In this document: one piece after another, positions 29,239 to 38,779 of the stretch | Layout of the letters: each line of letters opens with the position of its first letter | Numbering within the stretch: the stretch's first letter is position 1 | Source: Polyangiaceae bacterium | GTDB taxonomy: Bacteria > Myxococcota_A > Polyangia > Polyangiales > Polyangiaceae | Direction of reading: 5' to 3' | Assembly: GCA_965222375.1 (NCBI GenBank) | Contig: CBDCTZ010000016.1 | Coordinates: forward strand, 768,001-832,000 | DNA length: 64,000 bases | Notes under the pieces: model-generated | Database searches by the model: none | What the model saw: only the letters and a program-made list of their open reading frames with translations | Told to the model about the DNA's origin: nothing | Translations under genes and position numbers: made by a program

Positions 29239-29676
29239 ATGACGACTCGAATTTCCACAGGTGGTCCTTCAACGGACGTCTCCTCATCCCCCTCAGCCGC
29301 TCGCGTGACGGCGCCCCCCGCCAGACCCTTCAAACAGGTCATGAATGCGGGCGCTCGTGCTGTCCTCGGCGGAGCCGAAACCGCGTTGCGGCGTCTGCCT
29401 GGCGGGCCCATCCTCGGCGCCGCGGTGCGACCCGGTGGAGCACCTGGATCCGCCTCCCCGGGGGCACGGCCCGAAGGTGCAACCGGTACGGCAGGCGAGG
29501 GCAGCGTCGGGCAGCCCGGAGTCGAGGAAATGCTGTCACATAACGCTGACATGAATCTGTACTACCTGCAGCTACAGGAGCAGATCAGTGCGGAAAGCCG
29601 CGCGTACTCCACGATGTCCAATGTGCTGAAGGCGCGACACGACACCGTGAAAAACGCCATCGGCAATATCCGCTGA
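29239..29676 (+). CDS. Hypothetical protein with a C-terminus resembling T3SS needle (SctF) subunits
   Basis: GGAGG SD; ends QEQISAESRAYSTMSNVLKARHDTVKNAIGNIR. Confidence 0.75.
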   Translation: MTTRISTGGPSTDVSSSPSAARVTAPPARPFKQVMNAGARAVLGGAETALRRLPGGPILGAAVRPGGAPGSASPGARPEGATGTAGEGSVGQPGVEEMLSHNADMNLYYLQLQEQISAESRAYSTMSNVLKARHDTVKNAIGNIR

Positions 29677-29711
29677 GTGCGTTCCGCCAGTTCCTACGAT
29701 AGGCTGGAAGC

Positions 29712-30053
29712 ATGGGCATTGACGGAATCGGCAAGCCGCCCGGCGGTGTTCCGCCTGGCGGGCCCGCGGGCGTCGGAGAAGCGGCCAAGACTGGGAAGAG
29801 CTTCAGTGTCGATGCTTCCAAGCCTGTCGAGGGCGCGCAGAACGACAGCTTGGCGCGGTTGTCGCGTGGAGAGATTACGCTCGACCAGTACCTCGACGAG
29901 AGTGTCGCCACGGCGGTGGCACCCTTGGAAGGCCAGCTCAGTGCTGAGCAACTGGAGTTCGTGCGCGGGACTCTGCGCGAACAGATGGTGTCGGATCCTG
30001 TACTCGTCGATCTCGTCAAGCGCGCTACGGGGGAGGCGCCGAATCCGGGTTGA
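29712..30053 (+). CDS. Hypothetical protein (disordered N-terminus, helical C-terminus)
   Basis: Clean ORF; TAGGCT 6 nt upstream of ATG. Confidence 0.7.
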   Translation: MGIDGIGKPPGGVPPGGPAGVGEAAKTGKSFSVDASKPVEGAQNDSLARLSRGEITLDQYLDESVATAVAPLEGQLSAEQLEFVRGTLREQMVSDPVLVDLVKRATGEAPNPG

Positions 30054-30121
30054 GCACTCTTGAGGGGGCCTCGTTCGTCGCATGACGCGGCGTCGCAATC
30101 AGGGTAAGAGCTGTTTCGCCC

Positions 30122-32716
30122 ATGGCGCGTGATCGCTCTCGGCTTCGCCTATACACTCTTCTCGATGTCGCCGCTGAGGGCGCGCGGGTGGAAGAGTTTG
30201 GCCAATTGGCAGTGCGCCTGGCGGAATCCAAGCGCCGAGGCGCCACACTGCCGGACACCTGGGTGGTGCCCGCCTTCGCCTTTCGCATGCAGGTCGATGA
30301 GCGTCTGCCGCCGGGGCACGATCTCGGCTCACTGATCCGGGCGATCCGCAAGCCGAGCGGAATCGAACGCGCAGCGCGCGCTTTCGAGCGCCTCCAAGCC
30401 GAGCCACTGCCCGACGTGCTCTCGGACTCCATCGCGACCCAAGTCGGCGAGCCTGGCCCGCTCGGTTTCCGTGCGATCGCGAGCCTGGGACATCCGGATC
30501 CGACCACGGTCGCCTTGGCCGGCATGGACTGCGAACTCATCGTCACGGACGTTGCCGCAGCCATTCGCCGCGTGTGGGCGAGCAGCTGCATGGAGGTGTC
30601 GCTGCGAGCCTTGCAAGACGTTGGTGCCCGGGACCTGTCGGTGGCGGTTGTGCTGCAACGCCTTCCCGCCGTAGCGGCGACGTTGCGGGTGCTCACCGCT
30701 CGCCCCGGCGTTCTTCCCAAGCTGAACGACAGCAACTCTCCACCGCTGCCGGCCGAAAGGCGCTGGGTGATGGTTGCCGGACTTGGACCCAAGCTGCACG
30801 TTGAGCGGGGCTCGCTCTTGGCGGACCAGGTTGTTGTCGACGCTGCGGGGCAGGCCACATGCTTGGCCGCAGACAAGCGGGTAGATGGCGCAGAAGCCTC
30901 GGGTGCATCGGCGGAGCTCCGTCGGAAACCCGCGGTCGACCACGCCGTCTTGGAAGGCCTGCCCGTCGACGTTCGTCAGGCGGTGGACGCCGAGCCTGCC
31001 CTCCTCACCTACGCCGTGGATGAGGAAGACAAGACCTGGCTGACGGATATCGAAGCCGTTGTTGGTGGCGCGTACCCCGGTGCGGGGGAGTCCCTGACCG
31101 TTTGGTCGCGTTCCGGGTTGGACGCCTTGCTACCTCGGGTACCCACTCCCCTGACTGCAGGCCTGGTCGCCCAAGCCAGTGAGGCCAGTCTTCGGGAGTC
31201 GATCGCGCAGTTGGGCGGAAAGATGCCTCGCTCCTCACGGCTGGTGGAGAGCGTTCACGGTCGTCCCTACTTTGACCTCTCGGCGTTGTTTCACGTGGTG
31301 CGGAGCGTTCCAGGTCTCGACCCCACGGCGCTGCTCGATTTGGTTCGGGGTGCGTCGACCGATGATGTTCTGAGCGCCTTGGAGTTGCGACCCAAGCGTC
31401 CTTCGCTTGCAGCTCTGTCCTTGGCCGCCGCGCGACTGCTGACTCGCGAGCGGCGCTTGATGGAAGCGCAAACGGATTTCGAACGGCGCGCGGGTGACCA
31501 GCGCAAATGGCTGCTGGAAATGGATCTCGCCATCTTGCCCGACGACGCGTTGAAGACGACGTTGCGCGAGAGCTTCGAGTTTTTTCATGCGACCGCCGGG
31601 CTGCTGCTCAGCAGTTCTCTCGCGTACTTGTCCGCATTCGTAGCAGTTCGAGCGGTAATCGCCCGGTCGGTTCCAGCCGATGCGGGTCGATTGGCACATC
31701 GAGTTTGTGCCGGAGCAGGGGAACTCGAGACGACTGCTTCAGCCGTGGCTCTGGGCCACGTTGTGCAGATACTTCGGAGCGACGAAGCCGCCCAGGCGGC
31801 GCTACAGGGCGAGGCCGAGGCGAGCGGGCTTCCCGCCGGTCCGGCCCAGCGTGCACTTCAGCAATGGTTGACCGCCTTCGGGGACCGCGGTTGGACCGAG
31901 CCCGAGATAGCGGCGCCCCGCTTCGGCGAGCAACCCGAACGCGTGCTGGATATGTTGCGAATGAACTTGGGCGCAGAAACCGATCTGGACGGCCGCATGT
32001 CTCGGGTTCGAGTTGATGCGGACGAAGCAGTCGCAGGGTTGGAAGAGAGTCAGTCCTACCTCGAAGCCACGCTGTTTCGCTCCTTGCTGGGCCGCGCCCG
32101 GGGGCTGCTCGCGGTACGCGAACGCTCCCGGGTCTGGCTCGCGCAGACGGTGTCCATGCTGCGCACGGTCGTGTTGGACGTGGATCGGCGCCTGAGGCGG
32201 CTCGACCCTGGTTTGAAGCCGGGCGCGGCGTTCTTTCTGGAGCCGGCAGAGCTTTCCAACGCCATCGGTTCCGTTCGAGCCGATCTAGGCTCCGTCGTGC
32301 GCTGGCGCCGGGCGGGGTTCGCCATGGTGTCGGACCGGGCCGACCCTCCCGAACTGTTCGTCGGGCGGCCGCCCCCGTTTCCCACCGTCGACCCGGCCCA
32401 ACCTTTGAGCGGCGAAGGCGCCAGTACGGCCACGGGCGAAGGCGAGGTCCGCCATCTTTCCGTCTCCACCGGTAGCGGGGAGCTCAAACCCAATACCATC
32501 CTGGTGGTTCGCTCCTTGGACGTTGGATTGGCACCGATTCTGCCTGCGGTTGCCGGCGTGATCGCCGAGTGCGGTGGGACTCTTTCCCACGGCGCCATCG
32601 TTGCACGTGCGATGGGCGTTCCGGCGATTGTTGGCGCTAGCGGTGCTCGCGCGGTGTTGGCGGATGGGGACCGCCTGTGCATCGATGGCAACACCGGCGC
32701 TATCCATCGCCAATGA
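30122..32716 (+). CDS. PEP-utilising enzyme, rifampin-phosphotransferase/PPDK-like architecture
   Basis: C-terminal mobile domain GGTLSHGAIVARAMGVPAIVG...IDGNTG; central helical domain (FGDRGWTEPEI); divergent N-terminal ATP-grasp. Confidence 0.75.
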   Translation: MARDRSRLRLYTLLDVAAEGARVEEFGQLAVRLAESKRRGATLPDTWVVPAFAFRMQVDERLPPGHDLGSLIRAIRKPSGIERAARAFERLQAEPLPDVLSDSIATQVGEPGPLGFRAIASLGHPDPTTVALAGMDCELIVTDVAAAIRRVWASSCMEVSLRALQDVGARDLSVAVVLQRLPAVAATLRVLTARPGVLPKLNDSNSPPLPAERRWVMVAGLGPKLHVERGSLLADQVVVDAAGQATCLAADKRVDGAEASGASAELRRKPAVDHAVLEGLPVDVRQAVDAEPALLTYAVDEEDKTWLTDIEAVVGGAYPGAGESLTVWSRSGLDALLPRVPTPLTAGLVAQASEASLRESIAQLGGKMPRSSRLVESVHGRPYFDLSALFHVVRSVPGLDPTALLDLVRGASTDDVLSALELRPKRPSLAALSLAAARLLTRERRLMEAQTDFERRAGDQRKWLLEMDLAILPDDALKTTLRESFEFFHATAGLLLSSSLAYLSAFVAVRAVIARSVPADAGRLAHRVCAGAGELETTASAVALGHVVQILRSDEAAQAALQGEAEASGLPAGPAQRALQQWLTAFGDRGWTEPEIAAPRFGEQPERVLDMLRMNLGAETDLDGRMSRVRVDADEAVAGLEESQSYLEATLFRSLLGRARGLLAVRERSRVWLAQTVSMLRTVVLDVDRRLRRLDPGLKPGAAFFLEPAELSNAIGSVRADLGSVVRWRRAGFAMVSDRADPPELFVGRPPPFPTVDPAQPLSGEGASTATGEGEVRHLSVSTGSGELKPNTILVVRSLDVGLAPILPAVAGVIAECGGTLSHGAIVARAMGVPAIVGASGARAVLADGDRLCIDGNTGAIHRQ

Positions 32717-33609
32717 ACCAGCGACGGCGTGACGCGCGCTGGACCGTGCGCGCTGGAGACCCTAACGACATTCGCGCGCTGCTAGGCAAGATGGAGCAGC
32801 CCGAATCCGCGCTCGACGAGGGCCGTGTGTTCGTGGATGGCCGACGTGCAGACTCCGGATTTCTGCTTCGGGAAGGTCAGCCCGTGGTTGTCGGGATGGC
32901 TCGCACGGCCTCGCCGGCACAGGTTTCCGTGCTCGCACGACGCGCTGGCCTGGTGGCTGTGAACAAGCCTGCGGCGCTGCCGACGGAGCCAGATGCGTCG
33001 GGGCTGATGTCGCTACGCGAGCAGGTGCAGCACCAGCTCGACACACGCCTCCACGCAGTTTCTCGTCTGGACGTTGGAGTCAGTGGCGTGGTTCTCTTCG
33101 CGGCAACGCCTGAAGCGCGACGCTTCATGGATAGTCGGCAGGCCCGCGCGGGCTACTTGCGCCGCTACGTAGCGCTAGCGACTGGCGTCGTGGTGGCCGG
33201 GGGGCTTTGGTCGTCTCCTGTTGCTGGAAAGCAGGCCGAGACCCGCCTGCATCTCCTGGCCAGAGCGCCCGCCCATAGCTTGCTGCGTCTAGAGCCGACC
33301 ACGGGTCGGACCCACCAGCTCCGAGTGCACGCTTCTGCTGCAGGCTTTCCGCTTTTGGGAGATCGCCGCTACGGAGGCGCCTCGACCCTCACCACGGCAG
33401 ATGGGACCGTGTGCGAGTTGAGAAGAATCGCTCTACATGCGACGGACATCGAAGTTCACGGCTCCGACGGGCAGGTCTTTCGCGCGCACGCCCCATTGCC
33501 GCGGGAGTTTCGACAATGGTGGCAGGCCCTGGGAGGCAGCACCGACGAAGTGCCGCCCTTTGCCGCTGGCGGACAAGCAACCTCGACGGACCCACGTGGT
33601 TTGCGCTAA
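32713..33609 (+). CDS. RluA-family pseudouridine synthase
   Basis: VNKPA, SRLDVGVSG, TGRTHQLRVH, GDRRYG, LHA. Confidence 0.9.
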   Translation: MNQRRRDARWTVRAGDPNDIRALLGKMEQPESALDEGRVFVDGRRADSGFLLREGQPVVVGMARTASPAQVSVLARRAGLVAVNKPAALPTEPDASGLMSLREQVQHQLDTRLHAVSRLDVGVSGVVLFAATPEARRFMDSRQARAGYLRRYVALATGVVVAGGLWSSPVAGKQAETRLHLLARAPAHSLLRLEPTTGRTHQLRVHASAAGFPLLGDRRYGGASTLTTADGTVCELRRIALHATDIEVHGSDGQVFRAHAPLPREFRQWWQALGGSTDEVPPFAAGGQATSTDPRGLR

Positions 33610-33624
33610 GGCGACGGGACCGCC

Positions 33625-34284
33625 GTGACTCCACGCTATTGGCTATTGGTTCCGAGCATCGTGCTGGGCTGTTCTGGGGCCCGCTACGACAACTCCCAGG
33701 GCCCGAGCATGACCATGCCTGCGCGCCTAGCCGAAGGGCGGAACGCCGACGCGGGGGCCCCGCAAGTCGAAGCTGGGGCTCCGATGGTCTCGCCGTCGGC
33801 GCCGCCGAACGCCCAACCCGACCCGGTGGCTCTCAAGGAGCCCATCCAATGGGAGTATGTGGTCGAATACGACCGCGGCGCGCTGCGTGTGGTGTCTGCG
33901 AAGCGCTTGGATTTCAAGAAGCCCATCCCTACGGCCAGAAACATGGGGCGCTTCGCCATCGAGCTCTGGATCGGTCGAGAATTGATCGAGCGTGTCCGCT
34001 TCGACTTCCCCTTGCTTGGCGCCGAAGAACCCATCGGGAAGCGCCGGCCACTGAAGCAGCCACCGACCTTCGCGGCTGGGGCGACGGTCCAGAGAAAGCT
34101 GCTGGTTCCGGACAGCCGACGAGCCACGCGCGCTGTGCTGGTGGATCGCGCGACGGGCAGCGAGACGGTGCTGCCTTGGCCCCCGGATGCGCCGCTGCCC
34201 CCGCACCGGGCCAATTCACCGCGCGCGGATCGGGATGCAGGTGCTGCCAGTGACGCAGCGATGCACGGCGACGGTGGGGTGTAG
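33625..34284 (+). CDS. Hypothetical lipoprotein
   Basis: Lipobox VLGC; beta-rich domain. Confidence 0.65.
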   Translation: MTPRYWLLVPSIVLGCSGARYDNSQGPSMTMPARLAEGRNADAGAPQVEAGAPMVSPSAPPNAQPDPVALKEPIQWEYVVEYDRGALRVVSAKRLDFKKPIPTARNMGRFAIELWIGRELIERVRFDFPLLGAEEPIGKRRPLKQPPTFAAGATVQRKLLVPDSRRATRAVLVDRATGSETVLPWPPDAPLPPHRANSPRADRDAGAASDAAMHGDGGV

Positions 34285-34364
34285 CGAGGGCTTGCCCCGG
34301 AAAAAAGAGAAGCTTTTCCGGAAGGTAGCGTTTCGGGGGGGCTTCGTGCGACTCTACCGCCGCT

Positions 34365-36089
34365 ATGAACTGCGAGGCGTGCGGTCACGCGAACATCGAC
34401 GGGGCTCGGTTTTGCGCGAGTTGTGGCGCTCTAGTGCCCACAGACGACACGGCTGAAGAAGATGCCCTGATCGGGCAGATCATTGGCGGCCGCTACCGGG
34501 TGACCGGGGTCCTCGGCGAGGGTGGCATGGGCATCGTCTATGTGGGCGAGCAACAAATGGGTTCGACGGTCCGCAAGGTCGCCATCAAAACCCTCCACAG
34601 CCACCTGTCCAAGGACCCTTCGGTACTCGCTCGGTTTCACCGGGAGTGTGGAACGGTTGCTCAGCTCGAGCACCCCAATACGATCAAATTCTATGATTTC
34701 GGTTCGACCTCTGACGGAACCCTCTACATCGCGATGGAGTTCGTCAAAGGTGAACCGCTCAGTGACGTGATCGAAAAGCGCGGACCGATTCCCCCAGAGC
34801 GCTGCATAAAGATCATGAAGCAAGTCTGCGGCGCCCTGGAAGAGGCGCACGGACAAGGAATCATTCATCGGGATCTCAAACCCGAAAACGTGATTCTCAC
34901 CGAGCGCGCGGGTGAGAAGGAGTTCGTCAAGGTATTGGACTTCGGCATTGCGGCACGAAGCGAGTCCGCTGACGCGCAGAAGGAACAGAAGCTGACTCAG
35001 CAGGGAATGGTGCTTGGCACTCCTCCTTATATGAGCCCAGAGCAGTTCACCGGCAAAGCCCTGGATTCTCGCAGCGACATCTATTCCCTGGGAGTCATGT
35101 CCTACGAAATGCTGACCGGGAAGCTGCCTTTCGAGGCCGACACGCCATGGCAGTGGGCAACCCAACACATGACGGCCCAGCCGCTACCCTTCGAGGTCAC
35201 GGCGCCTAGCTCGGCCATACCGGATGCGCTCCGGCAGGCCATTTTGCGCGCGCTGTCCAAGGAGGCGGATGGGCGGCAGGACAACGCCAAGGAGTTCTTT
35301 GCCGAGTTGTCCAGCGGTGGGGGAATCACCGTGGACGAGCCGGCGGCCGTCTCGTCGGATCTGGCCCGGGCCGGAACCGCCGCCATGGCCGCGGCACCAG
35401 ACTTCGCAGCCATGGCGGGAACCGCCGGTCCGGTGTCCCCACCGGTGGCCGCGCCTCCGCAGCACCAGCCCCATGCCGCGCCAGCCATGGCGGCCCCGGT
35501 CGCCGCTCCACCGCCTCTCCAGCAGCAAAAGAGCGGGGGCGGAAAGGGCCTGATCATCGGGTTGGCGGCACTTGGTGGCTTGCTCCTGATCGGGATCGTG
35601 GTGGTGGCCGCGCAGCAAATGAAGCCGTCTTCCGAGGAAGATCAGCCTCTCACCAACCCCTTCACCAGCACGTCGGGGCAGACCACGATTGCCCCTCAGG
35701 TCGACCCCACCGGCAGCGCACCGACAGAAGCGACCGGAACCGGTGATACCCCGGACCCATCCCCGAAACCGACCTCCAAGCCCACGTCGAAGCCAACCAC
35801 AGGGCCCAAGCCGACGACCAAGCCCCAGGCGGACGGATGCCCTGCCTGCATTTCCGCCGCCCAATCCGGCAACATCATGGGGGCGGCCGCGGCGATGCGC
35901 CGCTGCACGGACCCAGTCGGCCGCTCCACCTGCCAGAAGCGGGCTCGAGGTAATGCCGCTCGTGCCGCCCAGAGTGCTGCCCGTAACGGCAACTGCGCCC
36001 AGGCCAAGGCGATCCAGAACGCAGCCCGGGGCATGGGCGCGGGTTCCGGCGCCCTCGAGGGCGCTCTGAACGGCACTTCCTGCAAGTAG
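34365..36089 (+). CDS. Membrane Ser/Thr kinase with N-terminal zinc ribbon and Cys-rich extracytoplasmic domain
   Basis: CEACG...FCASCG; GEGGMG, HRDLKPEN, DFG, YMSPE; TM; six Cys at the C-terminus. Confidence 0.95.
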   Translation: MNCEACGHANIDGARFCASCGALVPTDDTAEEDALIGQIIGGRYRVTGVLGEGGMGIVYVGEQQMGSTVRKVAIKTLHSHLSKDPSVLARFHRECGTVAQLEHPNTIKFYDFGSTSDGTLYIAMEFVKGEPLSDVIEKRGPIPPERCIKIMKQVCGALEEAHGQGIIHRDLKPENVILTERAGEKEFVKVLDFGIAARSESADAQKEQKLTQQGMVLGTPPYMSPEQFTGKALDSRSDIYSLGVMSYEMLTGKLPFEADTPWQWATQHMTAQPLPFEVTAPSSAIPDALRQAILRALSKEADGRQDNAKEFFAELSSGGGITVDEPAAVSSDLARAGTAAMAAAPDFAAMAGTAGPVSPPVAAPPQHQPHAAPAMAAPVAAPPPLQQQKSGGGKGLIIGLAALGGLLLIGIVVVAAQQMKPSSEEDQPLTNPFTSTSGQTTIAPQVDPTGSAPTEATGTGDTPDPSPKPTSKPTSKPTTGPKPTTKPQADGCPACISAAQSGNIMGAAAAMRRCTDPVGRSTCQKRARGNAARAAQSAARNGNCAQAKAIQNAARGMGAGSGALEGALNGTSCK

Positions 36090-36224
36090 GGCAGATGCAC
36101 CGGCTGGAACATGACGCCCGAAGCCACGAAGCACGCCATCGACCGGCTGGCTGGCCGGTTTCTTTTAGATCAATGATTCTAAGTGGATACGCTTAAGTTG
36201 CGTGAAAAGTGGGCGGGTGTGTGC

Positions 36225-36254
36225 TTGACCACGCGGATATTCGGGGACTAGCCT
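36225..36254 (+). promoter_or_regulatory. Candidate sigma70 promoter
   Basis: TTGACC-N18-TAGCCT, preceded by an AT-rich tract. Confidence 0.4.
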
Positions 36255-36336
36255 TGGAGCTGCTTAGCCCTTCGTGACCCTAACAGACGTGAGAAGCCGG
36301 GAACGACCCCGCCCACCTCGAGGAAAGAACGAACGA

Positions 36337-36609
36337 ATGCAGCCCAGGATGACCTGGCCCGAGCTCTGTCATGCGGCAGAACTGAAGGGCAAGTGGGTAG
36401 CGCTAGATAACTGCCGCTACGACAATGCCACGCTCCAGCCCACCGAAGGCGATGTAGTGGACTGGGACGAGGAACTCGTCGAGCTGTGCAGTCGGCTCCG
36501 GGAAATGGGCCGCACTTCTTGCGCTATCCTCTTCTGTGAAGACGACGTTGTGGTGGAGACCCGCCGCCAGGGTCCCAGATCGGCCAACTCTCGCGTGGCG
36601 GAGCGGTGA
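36337..36609 (+). CDS. Small hypothetical protein (KGKWVAL motif)
   Basis: GAGGA upstream; compact domain with 5 Cys. Confidence 0.65.
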   Translation: MQPRMTWPELCHAAELKGKWVALDNCRYDNATLQPTEGDVVDWDEELVELCSRLREMGRTSCAILFCEDDVVVETRRQGPRSANSRVAER

Positions 36610-36612
36610 TAG

Positions 36613-37860
36613 CTACTTGATCGTGGGTTTGAGGACCGCCTTGCCGTTCTTGATCACCACGTCGAAATCGATCTCTCGATTCCCGTGTTTCTGGCGCAAT
36701 TGGCGCTCGGTGGCGCGCAGACTCCTGGCGAGCCCGTCCACGCTCACGCCTTTCGCATCTTTGGTTTGATGCTTTGCGTCGACAAGGCGGGCGTGTAGCT
36801 CCCGCACTTTGTCGTCGGTGACTGTGCTCGCGCGAGCCGGCCCCGGTTTTCCAGCTGGAGGACGCGCGCGGTGGGGTAGAGGTGGCCTGGGAGGCGGTGC
36901 TCCGGGCCGGGCCGGGGGGCGAGCGGGTCGACGCCCCGGCGGAGGGATCCCGGGCTTCGTCGCCGGTCGCTTGCCCGGGGGCGCGGGCGGTCTCGGCTCG
37001 CCCACTCCGGGCTCCGTTCCCAGCTCGGCCCTGGCGGCGGCTGGAGGGCGAAGCGGGGGGCGGGGCCGCCCGGGTGCGGGCGGTCGGTTTTTTTCGCCCC
37101 GGGCGGGGCCGGGCGTGGTCGCCGGACGGACCGCAGGGGACGCTGCGGCCTTGGGCTTGGGTGCGGCGCCCCGGGGGCGGCTCGCTGCGGTTGCCGGTGC
37201 GCGCTTGGGCTTGGTCGGCTTGGCGCCGCCCCCCAAGCCGTCGAGGTCGAAATCCAGACTGAGCTTGTCCAGCTTCTTCGCGGATTGGCGCTTGGGTTCG
37301 CGGGTTGAAGCGGACGGCGGCGCAGAGTCGACCATGGTGCGTTCCTGGGTCGGCTCATCGCTGCCCGCGAAGACGTCGTCCAGCGCTTTCATCGCGTCGT
37401 CCAGCGCGCTGGCGGGGGAGTCGAGCAGCGCTGCCATCTCCTTTTCCGTTTCTTGCTTGGCCTCTTGGGCTCGGGCTCGCTCCGCGGCGGCTGCGTCCCC
37501 TTTCGCAAACATGCCCATGCGCTTGCGGGCCGCGATGGTCATCGGTTCGCCCATGCGCCGCTCGGCCTTGAGCAGGTGCCTGCGATACGTTCCGTTTTCG
37601 ATCTCTCGGCAGATCCGCTGCCAGTATTGCTGGAACGTGTTGTAGCGCATCACGATCGTCTGCAACTTGAACCGCTTCGCCGTATTGCGAAACTTCATTC
37701 GGCGGAGTGCCCAGATGCGGCGGTCGACGTCTTTGCGCGCGATGTTGGGCTCGATCTTCTCGAGTCCCAGAAAGTACTGCTCGTAGAGAGCCCGCAGACG
37801 TTCCAGACGCACTTCGAGCTCTTCGAGCTCGTGGTCGATGTCTGGTTCGGCAGCTTCCAC
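36613..37860 (-). CDS. MXAN_5187 C-terminal-domain-like protein
   Basis: LYEQYFLGLEKIEP...REIENGTY N-terminal domain, Pro-rich linker, IDFDVVIKNGKAVLK end. Confidence 0.7.
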   Translation of the reverse strand: MEAAEPDIDHELEELEVRLERLRALYEQYFLGLEKIEPNIARKDVDRRIWALRRMKFRNTAKRFKLQTIVMRYNTFQQYWQRICREIENGTYRRHLLKAERRMGEPMTIAARKRMGMFAKGDAAAAERARAQEAKQETEKEMAALLDSPASALDDAMKALDDVFAGSDEPTQERTMVDSAPPSASTREPKRQSAKKLDKLSLDFDLDGLGGGAKPTKPKRAPATAASRPRGAAPKPKAAASPAVRPATTPGPARGEKNRPPAPGRPRPPLRPPAAARAELGTEPGVGEPRPPAPPGKRPATKPGIPPPGRRPARPPARPGAPPPRPPLPHRARPPAGKPGPARASTVTDDKVRELHARLVDAKHQTKDAKGVSVDGLARSLRATERQLRQKHGNREIDFDVVIKNGKAVLKPTIK

Positions 37861-37865
37861 GTGCG

Positions 37866-38690
37866 TCAGCTCCCCGGCAAAGGTACGACTTTGAGGTTGT
37901 CGAAGCAGACGGGGACTTCCCAATCATTGAAGCCCATGTGCTCGTGCCCCGTGCCCTTCAGGGGCTGCGGGTCGGCGAGGCTCAGGATTTCGATGTCATC
38001 AACCAGCCAGCGAACAGTCTTGCCGTCGCTGCGCTCGATCTTGAAGTGATAGTTCCGATTCGGCTCTACCTTTCGAGCCCGGACATCCTGCCCATTCGGG
38101 TCAATCCGAACCTCTTTGCGATCTTTGGCGTGCTCGTCGATCCGAGCAAGCACGTGGAACTGGTTCTTCCAGCCACCGAAGATGACAACGTAACTCGTGG
38201 CGTTGGTGTAGGAGACGGACGTTGCGTGACTCCGGCCGTCGCCCCAGACTTCCAGTTTGAGATCGCCGTCTGGCGAGGCGCTGTAGGCGTCGAACTCGAT
38301 TCGCGCATTCGCAGGTAGACGTCGCTTCAGCCAAACGCCGTGGTTGCGCGCTCGGCGTCCACACAGCCGACCGTCAGTGATGCGCCAAACGTTCGACGTG
38401 GCACGCCAGTCGTCACCCAGCGATGGCCGCTCGAAGTTGTCCTCGAAAGGCGCGGTCAAGACCGGGTCCGGGGTCGCCTTGGGCGCTGCACTCGGGGCAG
38501 CCGCTGCGCTCGCCGGGCCACCAGCGCTTGGCGCTGGCGTGAGCTTCGGCGTGGCGGGTTTGGGCACCGGTGGCCGAGGGGCAACCGGGGTCGGAGATGG
38601 AGCGGGTTTGGCCTTTCCCTTTGCAGCTTCGTCGGGTACGCATCCCGCCGCTACTAGGGCCAGCACGGAGATCACAGCCAGTCTGAGCAC
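37866..38690 (-). CDS. Lipoprotein with concanavalin A/LamG-like beta-sandwich
   Basis: Lipobox AAGC; Pro linker; FEDNFER...FDNLKV. Confidence 0.65.
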   Translation of the reverse strand: MLRLAVISVLALVAAGCVPDEAAKGKAKPAPSPTPVAPRPPVPKPATPKLTPAPSAGGPASAAAAPSAAPKATPDPVLTAPFEDNFERPSLGDDWRATSNVWRITDGRLCGRRARNHGVWLKRRLPANARIEFDAYSASPDGDLKLEVWGDGRSHATSVSYTNATSYVVIFGGWKNQFHVLARIDEHAKDRKEVRIDPNGQDVRARKVEPNRNYHFKIERSDGKTVRWLVDDIEILSLADPQPLKGTGHEHMGFNDWEVPVCFDNLKVVPLPGS

Positions 38691-38779
38691 CCGGGCATGC
38701 TAACTCATCGCGCGCGAGTCGGCATCCCGCCCAAGCGTGGTGCGGACTCTTGAGCCTGCGCTATAAAGGCCGCGCCCCC

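Noticed and set aside
34297..34321. CCGGAAAA-N9-TTTTCCGG hairpin as a terminator
   Set aside because: No following U-tract on either strand; function cannot be supported.
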